From contig JBDIWC010000058.1 of NCBI GenBank assembly GCA_039794085.1, positions 1 through 20,841 of the forward strand: 20,841 nucleotides of DNA, in the 5' to 3' direction. The translations under genes and the position numbers were made by a program. This DNA comes from Gemmatimonadales bacterium (GTDB lineage Bacteria; Gemmatimonadota; Gemmatimonadetes; Gemmatimonadales; GWC2-71-9). The notes beneath the pieces are model-generated. The model saw nothing but the letters and a program-made list of their open reading frames with translations, was not told the DNA's origin and did not search any database. Below are positions 1 through 8,902 of this stretch, in pieces (the first letter of the stretch is position 1; each line of letters begins with the position of its first letter).

Positions 1-210
1 AGGATGGGGGCCCCGCCACCCCCAACAACAAAATCCCAGTCTCGGCGCGCGAAGCGTGGAGCCATGGAGATCATACGGAGACCCTCTGTGACCTCCGTGT
101 TCTCTGTGGTGATTCCTTCCGACCTTACCCGATCCCGTGCGCCCGGGCATCGGCAGGATGGGGTGCCCCTCCGCCCCCATAAGAAAAGCTGCTGATCCCA
201 GCGCGCGAGG
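1..210. repeat. Array 1 (probably truncated by window edge): modular palindromic repeat, one reverse 30-bp core at 82-111 flanked by two C-rich linker modules
   Basis: CCCTCTGTGACCTCCGTGTTCTCTGTGGTG at 82-111 is identical to 2926-2955. Flanking GGGCATCGGCAGGATGGGG/CCCC linker and GCGCG..GCGTGGAGC modules match arrays 2 and 3 (array 3 as reverse complement). Confidence 0.85.
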
Positions 211-320
211 CGGGGGCGGGGACGTCACCCCGCCCTGGATCGAATCGGAGAGCGGTGGGGACGCAGGGGGTTTGCGATAAACTCCACCTGCCGCAAACCG
301 GTCGGTTATCTTGATGACAT

Positions 321-1355
321 GTGCCTTTCCTGCTCGACGTGAGCGGCTACCCTCCGCCCGATGAGGCCTTGCTGGCCTTGCTGGTCTGCCCCCGCTGCCA
401 CGGGTCCCTCGACCGTTCGCCCGACGCCCTGTCCTGCGGACCGTGCGATCGACGGTACCCGATCGTGCTCGGCATTCCCGATCTCCGGCTTCACGAGGAT
501 CCGCTCATCCCGCTGGAGGACGACTACCGCAAAGGCGAGGTCCTCCAGGCCGCGGCCGAGAGTCGTAGTTTCGCGGAGCTGGTGGCCTACTACTGGACCC
601 TGCCGACCTATCCGCCGACTCCACCCGACCTGGCCTCGCGGTTCATCGGGCACGTACAGGGTGATGCCGAGCGGATCGCGGCCTATGAGCATCGTCTGGG
701 CGGCGGGGAGATGATGCTCGACGTGGGATGCGGAGCGGGCGTCCTGGTGCAGGTTGCGCATCGCCACTACCGGCAGGTCATCGGCTGCGACGTGGGGTTC
801 CGATGGCTGGTGGTCGCCCGGAAAGGCCTCCTCGAAGCGGGACGGCCCGCGCATCTCGTCTGCGCCTGCGCCGACCACCTGCCCTTCCCCGATGGTCGAT
901 TCGACCTGGTGACCAGCGTGGCCCTTCTGGAACATGTGCCGGAGCCGTCCACGACCCTGGACCAGATGCGGCGGGTTCTCCGTCCCCGCGGGAAGATCTT
1001 CCTCTGGACCACCAACCGTTTTTCCCTGGCCCCGGAGCCTCACGTGGGCCTCTGGGGTGTGGGTTTTCTCCCCCGGCGCTGGCAGGCGCGCTACGTGCGG
1101 TGGAAACGGGGTCTCGCCTACGACCACAAGCGTCTGGTCGGTCGCGGGGAATTATCCCGCCTGCTGCGCCGTTCCGGATTCCGCTCCATGCGGTATCATG
1201 TTCCCGGCATCACCCGCGTTGACCTCCTCCACCGATCGCGAGGAGAGCGGATGGCCGGCGCAGTGGCCAACATCGCCCGGCAGGTGCCGGGTCTTCGGAT
1301 GCTCCTGACCTGGGTGGCCCCAGCCCTCCAGGTCGTGGGGCGCCCCAGGGAGTGA
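321..1355 (+). CDS. Class I SAM-dependent methyltransferase with N-terminal Trm112-like zinc-finger segment
   Basis: LVCPRCHGSL...CGPCDRRYPIVLGIPDL (Trm112-like), LDVGCGAG motif I, LPFPDGRFDLV and RVLRPRGK motifs. Start uncertain (GTG 321 or GTG 339). Confidence 0.85.
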   Translation: MPFLLDVSGYPPPDEALLALLVCPRCHGSLDRSPDALSCGPCDRRYPIVLGIPDLRLHEDPLIPLEDDYRKGEVLQAAAESRSFAELVAYYWTLPTYPPTPPDLASRFIGHVQGDAERIAAYEHRLGGGEMMLDVGCGAGVLVQVAHRHYRQVIGCDVGFRWLVVARKGLLEAGRPAHLVCACADHLPFPDGRFDLVTSVALLEHVPEPSTTLDQMRRVLRPRGKIFLWTTNRFSLAPEPHVGLWGVGFLPRRWQARYVRWKRGLAYDHKRLVGRGELSRLLRRSGFRSMRYHVPGITRVDLLHRSRGERMAGAVANIARQVPGLRMLLTWVAPALQVVGRPRE

Positions 1356-1374
1356 CCTTCCTTCCTCCCCACTT

Positions 1375-1464
1375 GTAGCGTCGGCACCACACCGAGTGGT
1401 GTGGTGGAGCCGAAAAGGGACCCGTCCGGCCGGGGGGCGATGGCATAGGGATTGCGCCCTCTAC
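1375..1464. repeat. Pair of inward-facing GTAG-type REP-like hairpins
   Basis: GTAG at 1375 precedes stem CACCACACC-GAGT-GGTGTGGTG (1385-1406, extended by TCGGC/GCCGA). A second element GGGCG...CGCCCTCTAC ends in CTAC (GTAG on the minus strand) at 1461-1464. Confidence 0.5.
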
Positions 1465-1502
1465 CATGCAACATCACCACACCACCGAGAGGCCTTCCGC
1501 CG

Positions 1503-2576
1503 ATGTCCACCGTTCTGGCCCGCGTCCAGCGTCACGCCCAGCTCACCCTGCGGGCACGGAAGCATCCGGAGGGGGAGACCCCTCCCTTCCTGATCGTCTT
1601 CATCAATTCGATCTGCAACCTGACCTGCGAGCACTGTTTCTACTGGCGCAACCTCAACCAGCGGAACGATCTGACCTTTGAGGAGTTCGACGCCCTGTCC
1701 CGGGACCTGGGCCGGGTGGAGATTCTCAACCTGTCGGGCGGTGAGCCGTTCATCCGGAAGGACTTTGCCGGGATCTGTTCCCTGTTCATCACCAACAACG
1801 GTGTCCGGCAGATCTACGTTCCGACCAACGGCTACTTCACGGACAACACGGAGACGCAGCTCCGTTCGGTGCTGACGCACACATCGCTCGACATCTTCGT
1901 TTGCGAGATCTCCCTCGACGGCACCGCCGAGTATCACAACCGGTTCCGGGGCAACCCGAAGTCGTTCGAGAAGGCGATGGAGACGTACGAGATGCTGGCC
2001 GCCCTGCAGCGGGAGGATCCCCGTCTCCGAATCCATTGCAACACGGTGGCGATGAGCGAGAACATGGATGAGATCCGCCAGCTCACCTCGTACCTGCACG
2101 AGCGGTGCCCCGCCATGGAACACCACAACCTGGCGGTCATCCGGGGGGACCGGAAGAACCCTTCCCTCACCGGCCCCGCCCTGGCGCAGTACGAGGATCT
2201 GTACCGGCACATCGCCGAGGTGTGGAGCGACCGGGAAAAGGGTCGTTTCGGGGCCTCGGTCGAACCGATGCTGCAGTGGGCCAAGGTTCAGACGATCAAG
2301 GCGGAGACGCAGGTGGTCCCCTGCCGGGCCGGGATCCTCTCCGGCGTGGTCTATGCCAACGGGGACGTCTCGGTCTGTGAGACCCACGAGCCGCTCGGCA
2401 ATCTTCGCGACCGGAGCTTCCGCGAGATCTGGAACTCGGAGGAGGCCAAGGCGCTTCGGGCGTCGATCGCGGCCAAGCAGTGCTGGTGCACCAACGAGGT
2501 GTTCCTCTGGCCGAGCGTTGTATTCCAGCCGGTGCAGCTGACCCGGGCCTTCCTGGGCGGTCGCGGAATGGTGTAG
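1503..2576 (+). CDS. Radical SAM protein with C-terminal SPASM/Twitch domain
   Basis: CNLTCEHC (CxxxCxxC), SGGEPF, TNG and ISLDG motifs; C-terminal VPCRAG...ANGDVSVCE...LGNL...IWNS...CWC. ATG 1503 preferred over TTG 1452. Confidence 0.92.
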   Translation: MSTVLARVQRHAQLTLRARKHPEGETPPFLIVFINSICNLTCEHCFYWRNLNQRNDLTFEEFDALSRDLGRVEILNLSGGEPFIRKDFAGICSLFITNNGVRQIYVPTNGYFTDNTETQLRSVLTHTSLDIFVCEISLDGTAEYHNRFRGNPKSFEKAMETYEMLAALQREDPRLRIHCNTVAMSENMDEIRQLTSYLHERCPAMEHHNLAVIRGDRKNPSLTGPALAQYEDLYRHIAEVWSDREKGRFGASVEPMLQWAKVQTIKAETQVVPCRAGILSGVVYANGDVSVCETHEPLGNLRDRSFREIWNSEEAKALRASIAAKQCWCTNEVFLWPSVVFQPVQLTRAFLGGRGMV

Positions 2577-2599
2577 GGGCGGGCATCACCACACCCCTG

Positions 2600-3732
2600 T
2601 CCCCCACCCCGGACTGAACCACAGAGAACACGGAGGACGCAGAGGGTTGACGGCATCCGCGATACGCTCCTCGTCTCGGATTGGTGGGCATCGGCCGGAG
2701 GGGGGCCACGCCACCCCCCACAAAAAAACTCCAGATCTCGACGCCCCCCCCTTCTCCCCGATTCAACCACAGAGAACACAGAGGACGCAGAGGGTTGACG
2801 GCATCCGCGACACGCTCCTCGTCTCGGATTGGCGGGCATCGGCAGGATGGGGGCCCTTCCACCCCCCAAAAACAAAATCCGGATCTCGACGCGCGAGGCG
2901 TGGAACTGCGGGAATCATGCGGAGACCCTCTGTGACCTCCGTGTTCTCTGTGGTGATTTCTTCCCGCCCTACCCGATCCCGTACGCCCGGGTATCGGCAG
3001 GAGAGGGGCCCCGCCACCCCCCCCAAACACAATCCGGATCTCGACGCGCGAGGCGTGGAGCTGCGGGAATCATGCGGAGACCCTCCGTGTCCTCCGCGGC
3101 CTCTGTGGTGACCCCCCACGTCCCCCCCGGATTGAACCACAGAGAACACGGAGGACACAGAGGGTGGACGGCATCCGCGACACGCTCCTCGTCTCGGACT
3201 GCGGGCATCTTCAGGAGGGGGGCCCCGCCACCCCCCAAAAACAAAATCCGGATCTCGCCGCGCGAGGCGTGGAACTGCGGGAATCATGCGGAGACCCTCC
3301 GTGTCCTCCGCGGCCTCTGTGGTGACCCCCCACGTCACCCCGGATTGAACCACAGAGAACACGGAGGACACAGAGGGTGGACGGCATCCGCGACACGCTC
3401 CTCGTCTCGGACTGCGGGCATCTCCAGGAGGGGGGCCCCGCCACCCCCCAAAAACAAAATCCGGATCTCGGCGCGCGAGGCGTGGAGCTGCGGGAATCAT
3501 GCGGAGACCCTCCGTGTCCTCCGCGGCCTCTGTGGTGACCCCCCACGTCCCCCCCGGATTGAACCACAGAGAACACGGAGGACACAGAGGGTGGACGGCA
3601 TCCGCGACACGCTCCTCGTCTCGGACTGCGGGCATCGGCAGGAGGGGGTCCCCGCCACCCCCCACAAAAAAAAAGCTCCTGATCTCGGTTCGCGAGACGT
3701 GGAGCGGTACTCCCGGGCATCGGCAGGAGGGG
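2600..3732. repeat. Array 2: modular palindromic repeat array with 9 cores, including three tandem ~213-214 bp units
   Basis: Forward cores AACCACAGAGAACACGGAGGAC(A/G)CAGAGGG at 2617, 2765 (one variant base), 3135, 3348, 3562; reverse cores CCCTC(C/T)GTG..CTCTGTGGTG at 2926, 3081, 3295, 3508. Lies between convergent genes. Confidence 0.95.
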
Positions 3733-3776
3733 CCCTCACCCGGCGCTACGCGCCACCCTCTCCCGGAGGGAGAGGG
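3733..3776. repeat. CCCTCACCC...CCCTCTCCC-GGA-GGGAGAGGG REP-like hairpin overlapping the 3' end of the DegT-like gene
   Basis: Perfect 9-bp stem 3756-3764/3768-3776; a related element sits in the opposite orientation at 16734-16774. Confidence 0.75.
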
Positions 3777-4953
3777 TTTCCCGGCACCCGTCGGCATCCC
3801 GTTCCGTGACCCGGGAATGGGTGGGCAGGGTGAAGAGCCGAGCGGGCAGATCCCGTGAGGTCGCATCCGCCGGAAGCGCCGCCACCACCGGAAAGCCCTC
3901 CAGGTCCTGCAGCGCCGCGGGGTACCCCGGCATGATGCCGAGCCGTCGGGCGGCGGGGCTCCGGAGCCGCCGGGCCACGCCCTCCGGCACCAGCACCGGA
4001 AGCCGGAGCCACCCCGCGGCGCATCCCTCACCCAATGTTGCACCCGGGGTTCCGACCTCCGGCACCGGAGCCAGCCGGGTGAGCCATCCCGCCCCCGTCA
4101 CCCTCCGATGGGCCGCTTCCCGCGCCGAGGCGGCACGCGTCGCCACCGCCACAGCGGCGGCCACTCCGGAGATCCCCCTTGGCGCATGCGGAGGGTGGAA
4201 GGGCGTCTCCCCAAGTCCCAGCGCCGGGATGGAGGCGGGAATACCATAGAGCGCGGGTCGCCCGAGAGCCCACTGCGCCAGGAGCCGCGGCCACACGCCC
4301 CATCCCCGGCCTCCCTCCCGGGGAAGGTCAAGCCGCGCCATCGCCTCCCTCCCCCGTGGGGTCACCGCCAGAAGCGCCCCTCCCCGTCCCCCTATCCATC
4401 CTTTCCCCCGTCCAAAACTCAGGATTCCCAGGTCCCCCGCCGTGCCCGCCGGTCCCCCGTCCACGATCGCGCCGATCCCCTGGGCGGCGTCCTCGATCAC
4501 CAGCCCCTCGGACCCCACCGTGGCGATCCGCTCCCGCACCGCGCGCACCGACACCGGCACGCCGTACAGGTGGGCCACCACGACCGCGTCCACGCCATGG
4601 GCGATCGCGCGGTCGAGCGAGCCAGTCTCGGGACCGAGAGTATCGGAATCGAGATCGTAGAGCACCACCTCCGCGCCGGCGCCGAGCGCCGCGGTGGCGA
4701 GGTCGAAACAGCCGTAGCCCGGGAGGGCCACGCGGGGAGGCCGTCCTGGATCGGCCCCGGCGGCCCTCATGGCGAGGGCCAGGGCGGAGGTACCGCTGTC
4801 CACCAGGAGAACGCCTTCCGTCCCCAGGTCCGCAGCGAGCAGCGTATCGAGCTCGGCGCGGGCGACGGCGGGCCGCAGGCCACCGACGAGTCCCCGCGCC
4901 AGCGCCCCGAGGGAGAGGGGCGACCAGGCGGGGAGCTGCCGACGGCCGATCAT
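3736..4953 (-). CDS. DegT/DnrJ/EryC1/StrS-family PLP-dependent aminotransferase-like protein
   Basis: DSGTSAL, VVVAHLYGVP, IEDAAQG, LSFGRGKG (candidate PLP lysine), LFTLPTH. ATG at 4953 overlaps the upstream stop (ATGA). Confidence 0.88.
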   Translation of the reverse strand: MIGRRQLPAWSPLSLGALARGLVGGLRPAVARAELDTLLAADLGTEGVLLVDSGTSALALAMRAAGADPGRPPRVALPGYGCFDLATAALGAGAEVVLYDLDSDTLGPETGSLDRAIAHGVDAVVVAHLYGVPVSVRAVRERIATVGSEGLVIEDAAQGIGAIVDGGPAGTAGDLGILSFGRGKGWIGGRGGALLAVTPRGREAMARLDLPREGGRGWGVWPRLLAQWALGRPALYGIPASIPALGLGETPFHPPHAPRGISGVAAAVAVATRAASAREAAHRRVTGAGWLTRLAPVPEVGTPGATLGEGCAAGWLRLPVLVPEGVARRLRSPAARRLGIMPGYPAALQDLEGFPVVAALPADATSRDLPARLFTLPTHSRVTERDADGCRETLSLRERVARSAG

Positions 4954-5984
4954 GGGATCGACCGGACGAGCAGGGGTCCGAGCCGGTTGGCCACGGGGAG
5001 CGGGAGATGCCGCCAGAGCCGGGGCCCGAGGGAGAGCGCCCCGCCCGCATCGGGGGACGGCGTGCCCGCCGCCCCGCGCGACGCCACCTGGTACCACCAG
5101 AGCGGACGATCCTCGCTCCCCCACTGTTTCTTGAAGCGGTGGGTGCCGCTCCCCGGCGTGCACCGTCCGAAGTCGAACTCCCGGACCCCGTCTCCAATCA
5201 CCCGCTCCATGAACGCCCGATAGAGCCCCATGTTGGCGGCGATCCGGTTGTGCTCGGCGAGGGCCGACGCCCAGGTGATCTCGAAGGTGTCGTGCCAGCG
5301 GAAGCCACATCCCGCCGCGATCGGCTCATCGCCGAGCCAGGAGACTCCGAAGAGCACCTCCGCGGGAAAGTGACGGACCAGGGCGTCGAAGAAGCGGCGC
5401 GGCAGCACGGGGGTGCCGAGATCGCGCATGTGGCGGCTGAAGACGCGGTAGAACCCCGCCACCTGGTCAGGTCCGAAGCGCACCTCGACCCCCTCCTTTT
5501 CCGCGCGCCGCACCTGGCTCCGGAGCTTGGCGGGAAAGCGGCCCACCAGGGCCATGGGGTCATCGGGAAGGGGAAGCACGACGGTGATCTTGCGATGGGA
5601 CACCTCGAGCGACACCGGGAGTTCGCGCACGCTCCGCAGCTCGAGGAGATCGACCCGGTCGGCCAGCGCCATGTCCCGCGCGTGGGCGGCCAGGGCCTCG
5701 ATCGCCTCCGGAGTCCCGACCGGTCCCCCGGCGTTCAGGAAGGGCATGGAGACGAGATAGTGCCCGAAGAGCCGGCTCCGGACCCGGACCAGGGGGAGGA
5801 TTCCCTGGAGGGAGCCCGCGTCGTCCCGCGCGGCGAGGGAGAAGCATTCGTGGCCGAAGGTCTCCTCGATAAGGGGTCGCCAGGCGAAGCGATGGCAGAG
5901 GGTGGCACCGGTCTCCCATTCCCTGTCCGCCACCGCATCCCACTCCGCCGGTGTCCCGTCGAATGGCGCGATCCGGAGACTCAT
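4950..5984 (-). CDS. FemAB-like GNAT-fold protein, XrtA/PEP-CTERM system-associated type
   Basis: GILPLVRVRSRLFGHYLVSMPFLNAGG, KLRSQVRR, HMRDLGTPV, FDFGRCTPGSGTHRFKKQWG. ATGA coupling at both ends. Confidence 0.9.
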   Translation of the reverse strand: MSLRIAPFDGTPAEWDAVADREWETGATLCHRFAWRPLIEETFGHECFSLAARDDAGSLQGILPLVRVRSRLFGHYLVSMPFLNAGGPVGTPEAIEALAAHARDMALADRVDLLELRSVRELPVSLEVSHRKITVVLPLPDDPMALVGRFPAKLRSQVRRAEKEGVEVRFGPDQVAGFYRVFSRHMRDLGTPVLPRRFFDALVRHFPAEVLFGVSWLGDEPIAAGCGFRWHDTFEITWASALAEHNRIAANMGLYRAFMERVIGDGVREFDFGRCTPGSGTHRFKKQWGSEDRPLWWYQVASRGAAGTPSPDAGGALSLGPRLWRHLPLPVANRLGPLLVRSIP

Positions 5985-6889
5985 GTGCCGGTCCGAGCCC
6001 GCCACGCAGCCACCGACTCGAACCGGAACTCGCCGAGGAGAGTGCCGAGCCGTGTCATCGTGTGCTTCAATCCCCCGTAGTGACGCCGCGTGGTGATCCA
6101 GGAGGCGGGGAGCCGCGGCTGGCCGGGGTCCACCTCCCAGGGGTGGACGTAGAACATCCCCGGCTGGCCGATCCGGCTGTAGCGCCGCAAGGCGTGCTGC
6201 AGGACCGACAACGGAAAGTGCCGGAGATACCCACCGCCCGCAGCGGGAATCCGCAGGCCGGCCACGGTGAGCGTGGCGGGAGGAATCTCGAGCAGGGTGC
6301 CGGCCGGCCGGGCAATGGACCAGGGTACGGTGCGGCCCGCCGGATAGCCATAGTCGGGGCGCCGGATCGGGAAGAGACTCGAATCGTACCGGTAGCCCTC
6401 CTCCAGCAACACGTCGAGGGCCCACTCCCCGCCCGGCCGGATCGAGAAGCTCGGCGCCCGGAACCCGGTCACCGCCGTGCCGCTCTGGTCCTCCAGGAGG
6501 GCCTTCGTGTCCCGCACCTCGGCCCGGAACTGATCCGGGGTCTGGGTGGAGACCCGCCGGTGCCACCAGCCGTGGGAGCCGAGCTCATGACCCGCGGCAG
6601 CGATGCGGCGGACCAGCGCGGGGTGCCGCTCGGCCACCCAGCCCACGGTGAAGAAGGTGCTGGTGGCGCCGTGCCGCGCGAGGAGGTCGAGCAGGAGATC
6701 GGTGTTCCGCTCGACGCGGCTGGGCAGGTCCTCCCACCGCTCGGGGGGAGCCACCCGCTCGAACACGGTGACCTGGAAGTGTTCCTCGACATCCACCGAG
6801 AACAGGTGACCCGGTGGAACTGGCGTCCCGGCTGAAGGCAGGGCATCCTCCCCAACAGTGATAGGTTTCGTCCCTTCAATCTTCGCCAT
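5981..6889 (-). CDS. XrtA-system-type polysaccharide deacetylase (DUF3473-like C-terminus)
   Basis: FSVDVEEHFQV, TFFTVGWVAE, HELGSHGWWH, GFRAPSFSI, YDSSLFP, AGGGYLR, FYVHPWEVDPGQPR. Start uncertain (ATG 6889, or CTG 6841 behind GGAGG). Confidence 0.9.
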   Translation of the reverse strand: MAKIEGTKPITVGEDALPSAGTPVPPGHLFSVDVEEHFQVTVFERVAPPERWEDLPSRVERNTDLLLDLLARHGATSTFFTVGWVAERHPALVRRIAAAGHELGSHGWWHRRVSTQTPDQFRAEVRDTKALLEDQSGTAVTGFRAPSFSIRPGGEWALDVLLEEGYRYDSSLFPIRRPDYGYPAGRTVPWSIARPAGTLLEIPPATLTVAGLRIPAAGGGYLRHFPLSVLQHALRRYSRIGQPGMFYVHPWEVDPGQPRLPASWITTRRHYGGLKHTMTRLGTLLGEFRFESVAAWRARTGT

Positions 6890-6896
6890 CCCTGGG

Positions 6897-6911
6897 GCAC
6901 ATTCCATGCCC
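6897..6911 (-). promoter_or_regulatory. Candidate sigma-54 (-24/-12) promoter for the deacetylase operon
   Basis: Minus strand GGGCATGGAATGTGC has GG-N10-GC spacing and resembles TGGCAC-N5-TTGC. Confidence 0.35.
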
Positions 6912-7086
6912 GGGATAGCCAGGGCCTCTCTGCAGCAGTGCCATCGCGATCCGGACGACGGGAAATACACCTGCGGCCTCCTCAGATCCCCTGCGTTGCT
7001 CGGGACGACTGCCGAAGGCCAGTGAATAATAGTCCGGGCGGTCATCCCGAAGCGGCAGGACCACCAGACGGAAAGAACGGCCTCAC

Positions 7087-8337
7087 GTGACAGATTCCGC
7101 GACATCCGCAGGACGCACGCACCGGGGGCGGGTCCTGATCGCCCTGGCCACCCTTCCGATCCTGCTGATCACCCTCTTTCCCCGGGACGACCCCTCGATT
7201 CCGCTTCATTCGTGGGGGCTTTGCCTGGCCTGCGGCGACTTCGGGGGAGTCGATTTCCTGCTCAATGTTGCCCTCTTCGGGCCGCTCGGGCTGGCGCTGC
7301 ACCACGGGGACCATTCCCTGCGGCGGGCTGCGGCGGTCGCCTTCGGGCTGACGCTCGGCATCGAGGTGTTCCAGTTCCTCTTCCTGCCGGGACGGTTCGC
7401 CGCCCTTGGCGACCTCGTGGCCAACACCTCGGGGGGAGTGCTGGGATGGATCCTGGGCCGCACCTGGCCCCTCATCGCCACTCCGGCACCCGCCATCGCC
7501 CGCCGACTCGCCGTGCTCACCCTGAGCGGGGTGGCGCTGATATTCTGGGTGACGGGGTGGCTGCTGCAACCCTCGCTTCCCGTTTCCACCTGGTTCGGGC
7601 AGTGGCGGCCGGAGCTCGGTCAGTTCGATCAGTTCATGGGCAGCGTGGATTCGGCGCGTCTCGGCTCCCGCCCCCTCCCCGGTCACATGCTGGTCGACAC
7701 CTGGGAGCGACGACTCGAGCTCCAGGAGGGGGGGGGACCGATCTCGATCCAGGCCTGCGGAACCCTCGGCCCGCCCCCGCGTCGTACCGCGCCGATCGTG
7801 AGCGTGTTCGACGATCGCCAGCGACAGATCGCCCTGCTCGGGCAGGAGGGGGAGGACCTGGTGGTGGCGATCCGCCTGCGGACGGCGGACGCCCGGCTCC
7901 GCACCCCGACCCTCCGGGTGCCCGAGGGTCTCGGCGCCCCGGTCGGCACCCGGTACGATGCCGCGGGATGGTGGGCGGACGGGACCCTTTCGGGGACCGC
8001 GGTGGGGACGGGAGCACTTCCCCTCACGGTTGGATTGGGATGGAGTTTCGTGCTCCCCTTCGGTGCCGATCTCGAGCCGGGGACACCGGTGTGGAGCATC
8101 CTCTGGCTGGCGCTGCTCGGGCTGGTGCCCGGGCGCTTCGTGGGGCGCGGGTGGCGATCCCCGCTGTCGAGCGTCACGGGCGTCGGAATCCTGGTGGGGA
8201 TGGCCCTGGTCGTGAGCGGGTTCTGGGCCTTGCCCCTCCCCTCCCTCGTCGAGCTCAGCGCGCTTGCCGTGGGTCACCTCCTCGGCTGGTCCGTGGCACG
8301 ACGGACCACGCCCTCCGTCACCCCCTCCGCCCACTGA
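7087..8337 (+). CDS. VanZ-like N-terminal domain membrane protein
   Basis: DFLLNVALFGPLG, LTLGIEVFQFLFLPGRFAALGDLVANTSGGVLG (VanZ-like), multiple hydrophobic segments, soluble middle region. Confidence 0.82.
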   Translation: MTDSATSAGRTHRGRVLIALATLPILLITLFPRDDPSIPLHSWGLCLACGDFGGVDFLLNVALFGPLGLALHHGDHSLRRAAAVAFGLTLGIEVFQFLFLPGRFAALGDLVANTSGGVLGWILGRTWPLIATPAPAIARRLAVLTLSGVALIFWVTGWLLQPSLPVSTWFGQWRPELGQFDQFMGSVDSARLGSRPLPGHMLVDTWERRLELQEGGGPISIQACGTLGPPPRRTAPIVSVFDDRQRQIALLGQEGEDLVVAIRLRTADARLRTPTLRVPEGLGAPVGTRYDAAGWWADGTLSGTAVGTGALPLTVGLGWSFVLPFGADLEPGTPVWSILWLALLGLVPGRFVGRGWRSPLSSVTGVGILVGMALVVSGFWALPLPSLVELSALAVGHLLGWSVARRTTPSVTPSAH

Positions 8338-8441
8338 CCACGATCCCCTGCGTTCAAAAACGCCTTCCGGCGTTGGGATGGTTAGCTCTCCGGCGTCACC
8401 AGGGGCCATCCTTGAGACGTCCCCAAACGGAAGGAGGGCTC

Positions 8442-8870
8442 GTGGCAGAAGCGAAACAGGATGGTGACACCACCGGGGAGATCATTGGAGCCGCGATCGA
8501 AGTGCACCGGCTTCTCGGACCCGGCCTGCTCGAATCGACCTACCAATCGTGTCTTGCCTGGGAGCTACAGGCACGTGGGTTGGATATCGTAACCCAGAAG
8601 CCCCTGCCCGTCATCTACAGGGGGAACCGGATCGACTGTGGGTACCGCATCGATCTCCTGGTGGAGGGCATTGTCATCGTCGAAGTCAAGTCGGTTCAGC
8701 GACTCGATCGGATCCATGCAGCTCAGGTGCTCACCTACCTTCACCTGTCCGGATGTCGCGTGGGTCTGCTCGTGAACTTCAACGTTCGCTACCTGCGTGA
8801 CGGCATCCGGCGCCTGATCAACGACCATCCGTGGGGCCACGATCACGAATTCCCTGGAGGCGACTCCTGA
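8442..8870 (+). CDS. GxxExxY protein (PD-(D/E)xK-like nuclease superfamily), 142 aa
   Basis: AAGGAGGG RBS at 8431-8438 before GTG 8442; IIGAAIEVHRLLGPGLLESTY, YRIDLLVEGIVIVEVKSV, HAAQVLTYL, GLLVNFN, GIRRLIN. Confidence 0.95.
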   Translation: MAEAKQDGDTTGEIIGAAIEVHRLLGPGLLESTYQSCLAWELQARGLDIVTQKPLPVIYRGNRIDCGYRIDLLVEGIVIVEVKSVQRLDRIHAAQVLTYLHLSGCRVGLLVNFNVRYLRDGIRRLINDHPWGHDHEFPGGDS

Positions 8871-8902
8871 CATCAGGGCTTCAATTGGGGTCGAGGGAGA
8901 TT

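Noticed and set aside
2296..4043. Long ORFs across array 2 (2829-3809, 2763-4043)
   Set aside because: Same reasoning; they translate the repeat modules and some overlap real genes.
7212..8441. 552-aa N-terminally extended GxxExxY ORF
   Set aside because: The extension overlaps the VanZ-like gene out of frame; a strong RBS supports GTG 8442.
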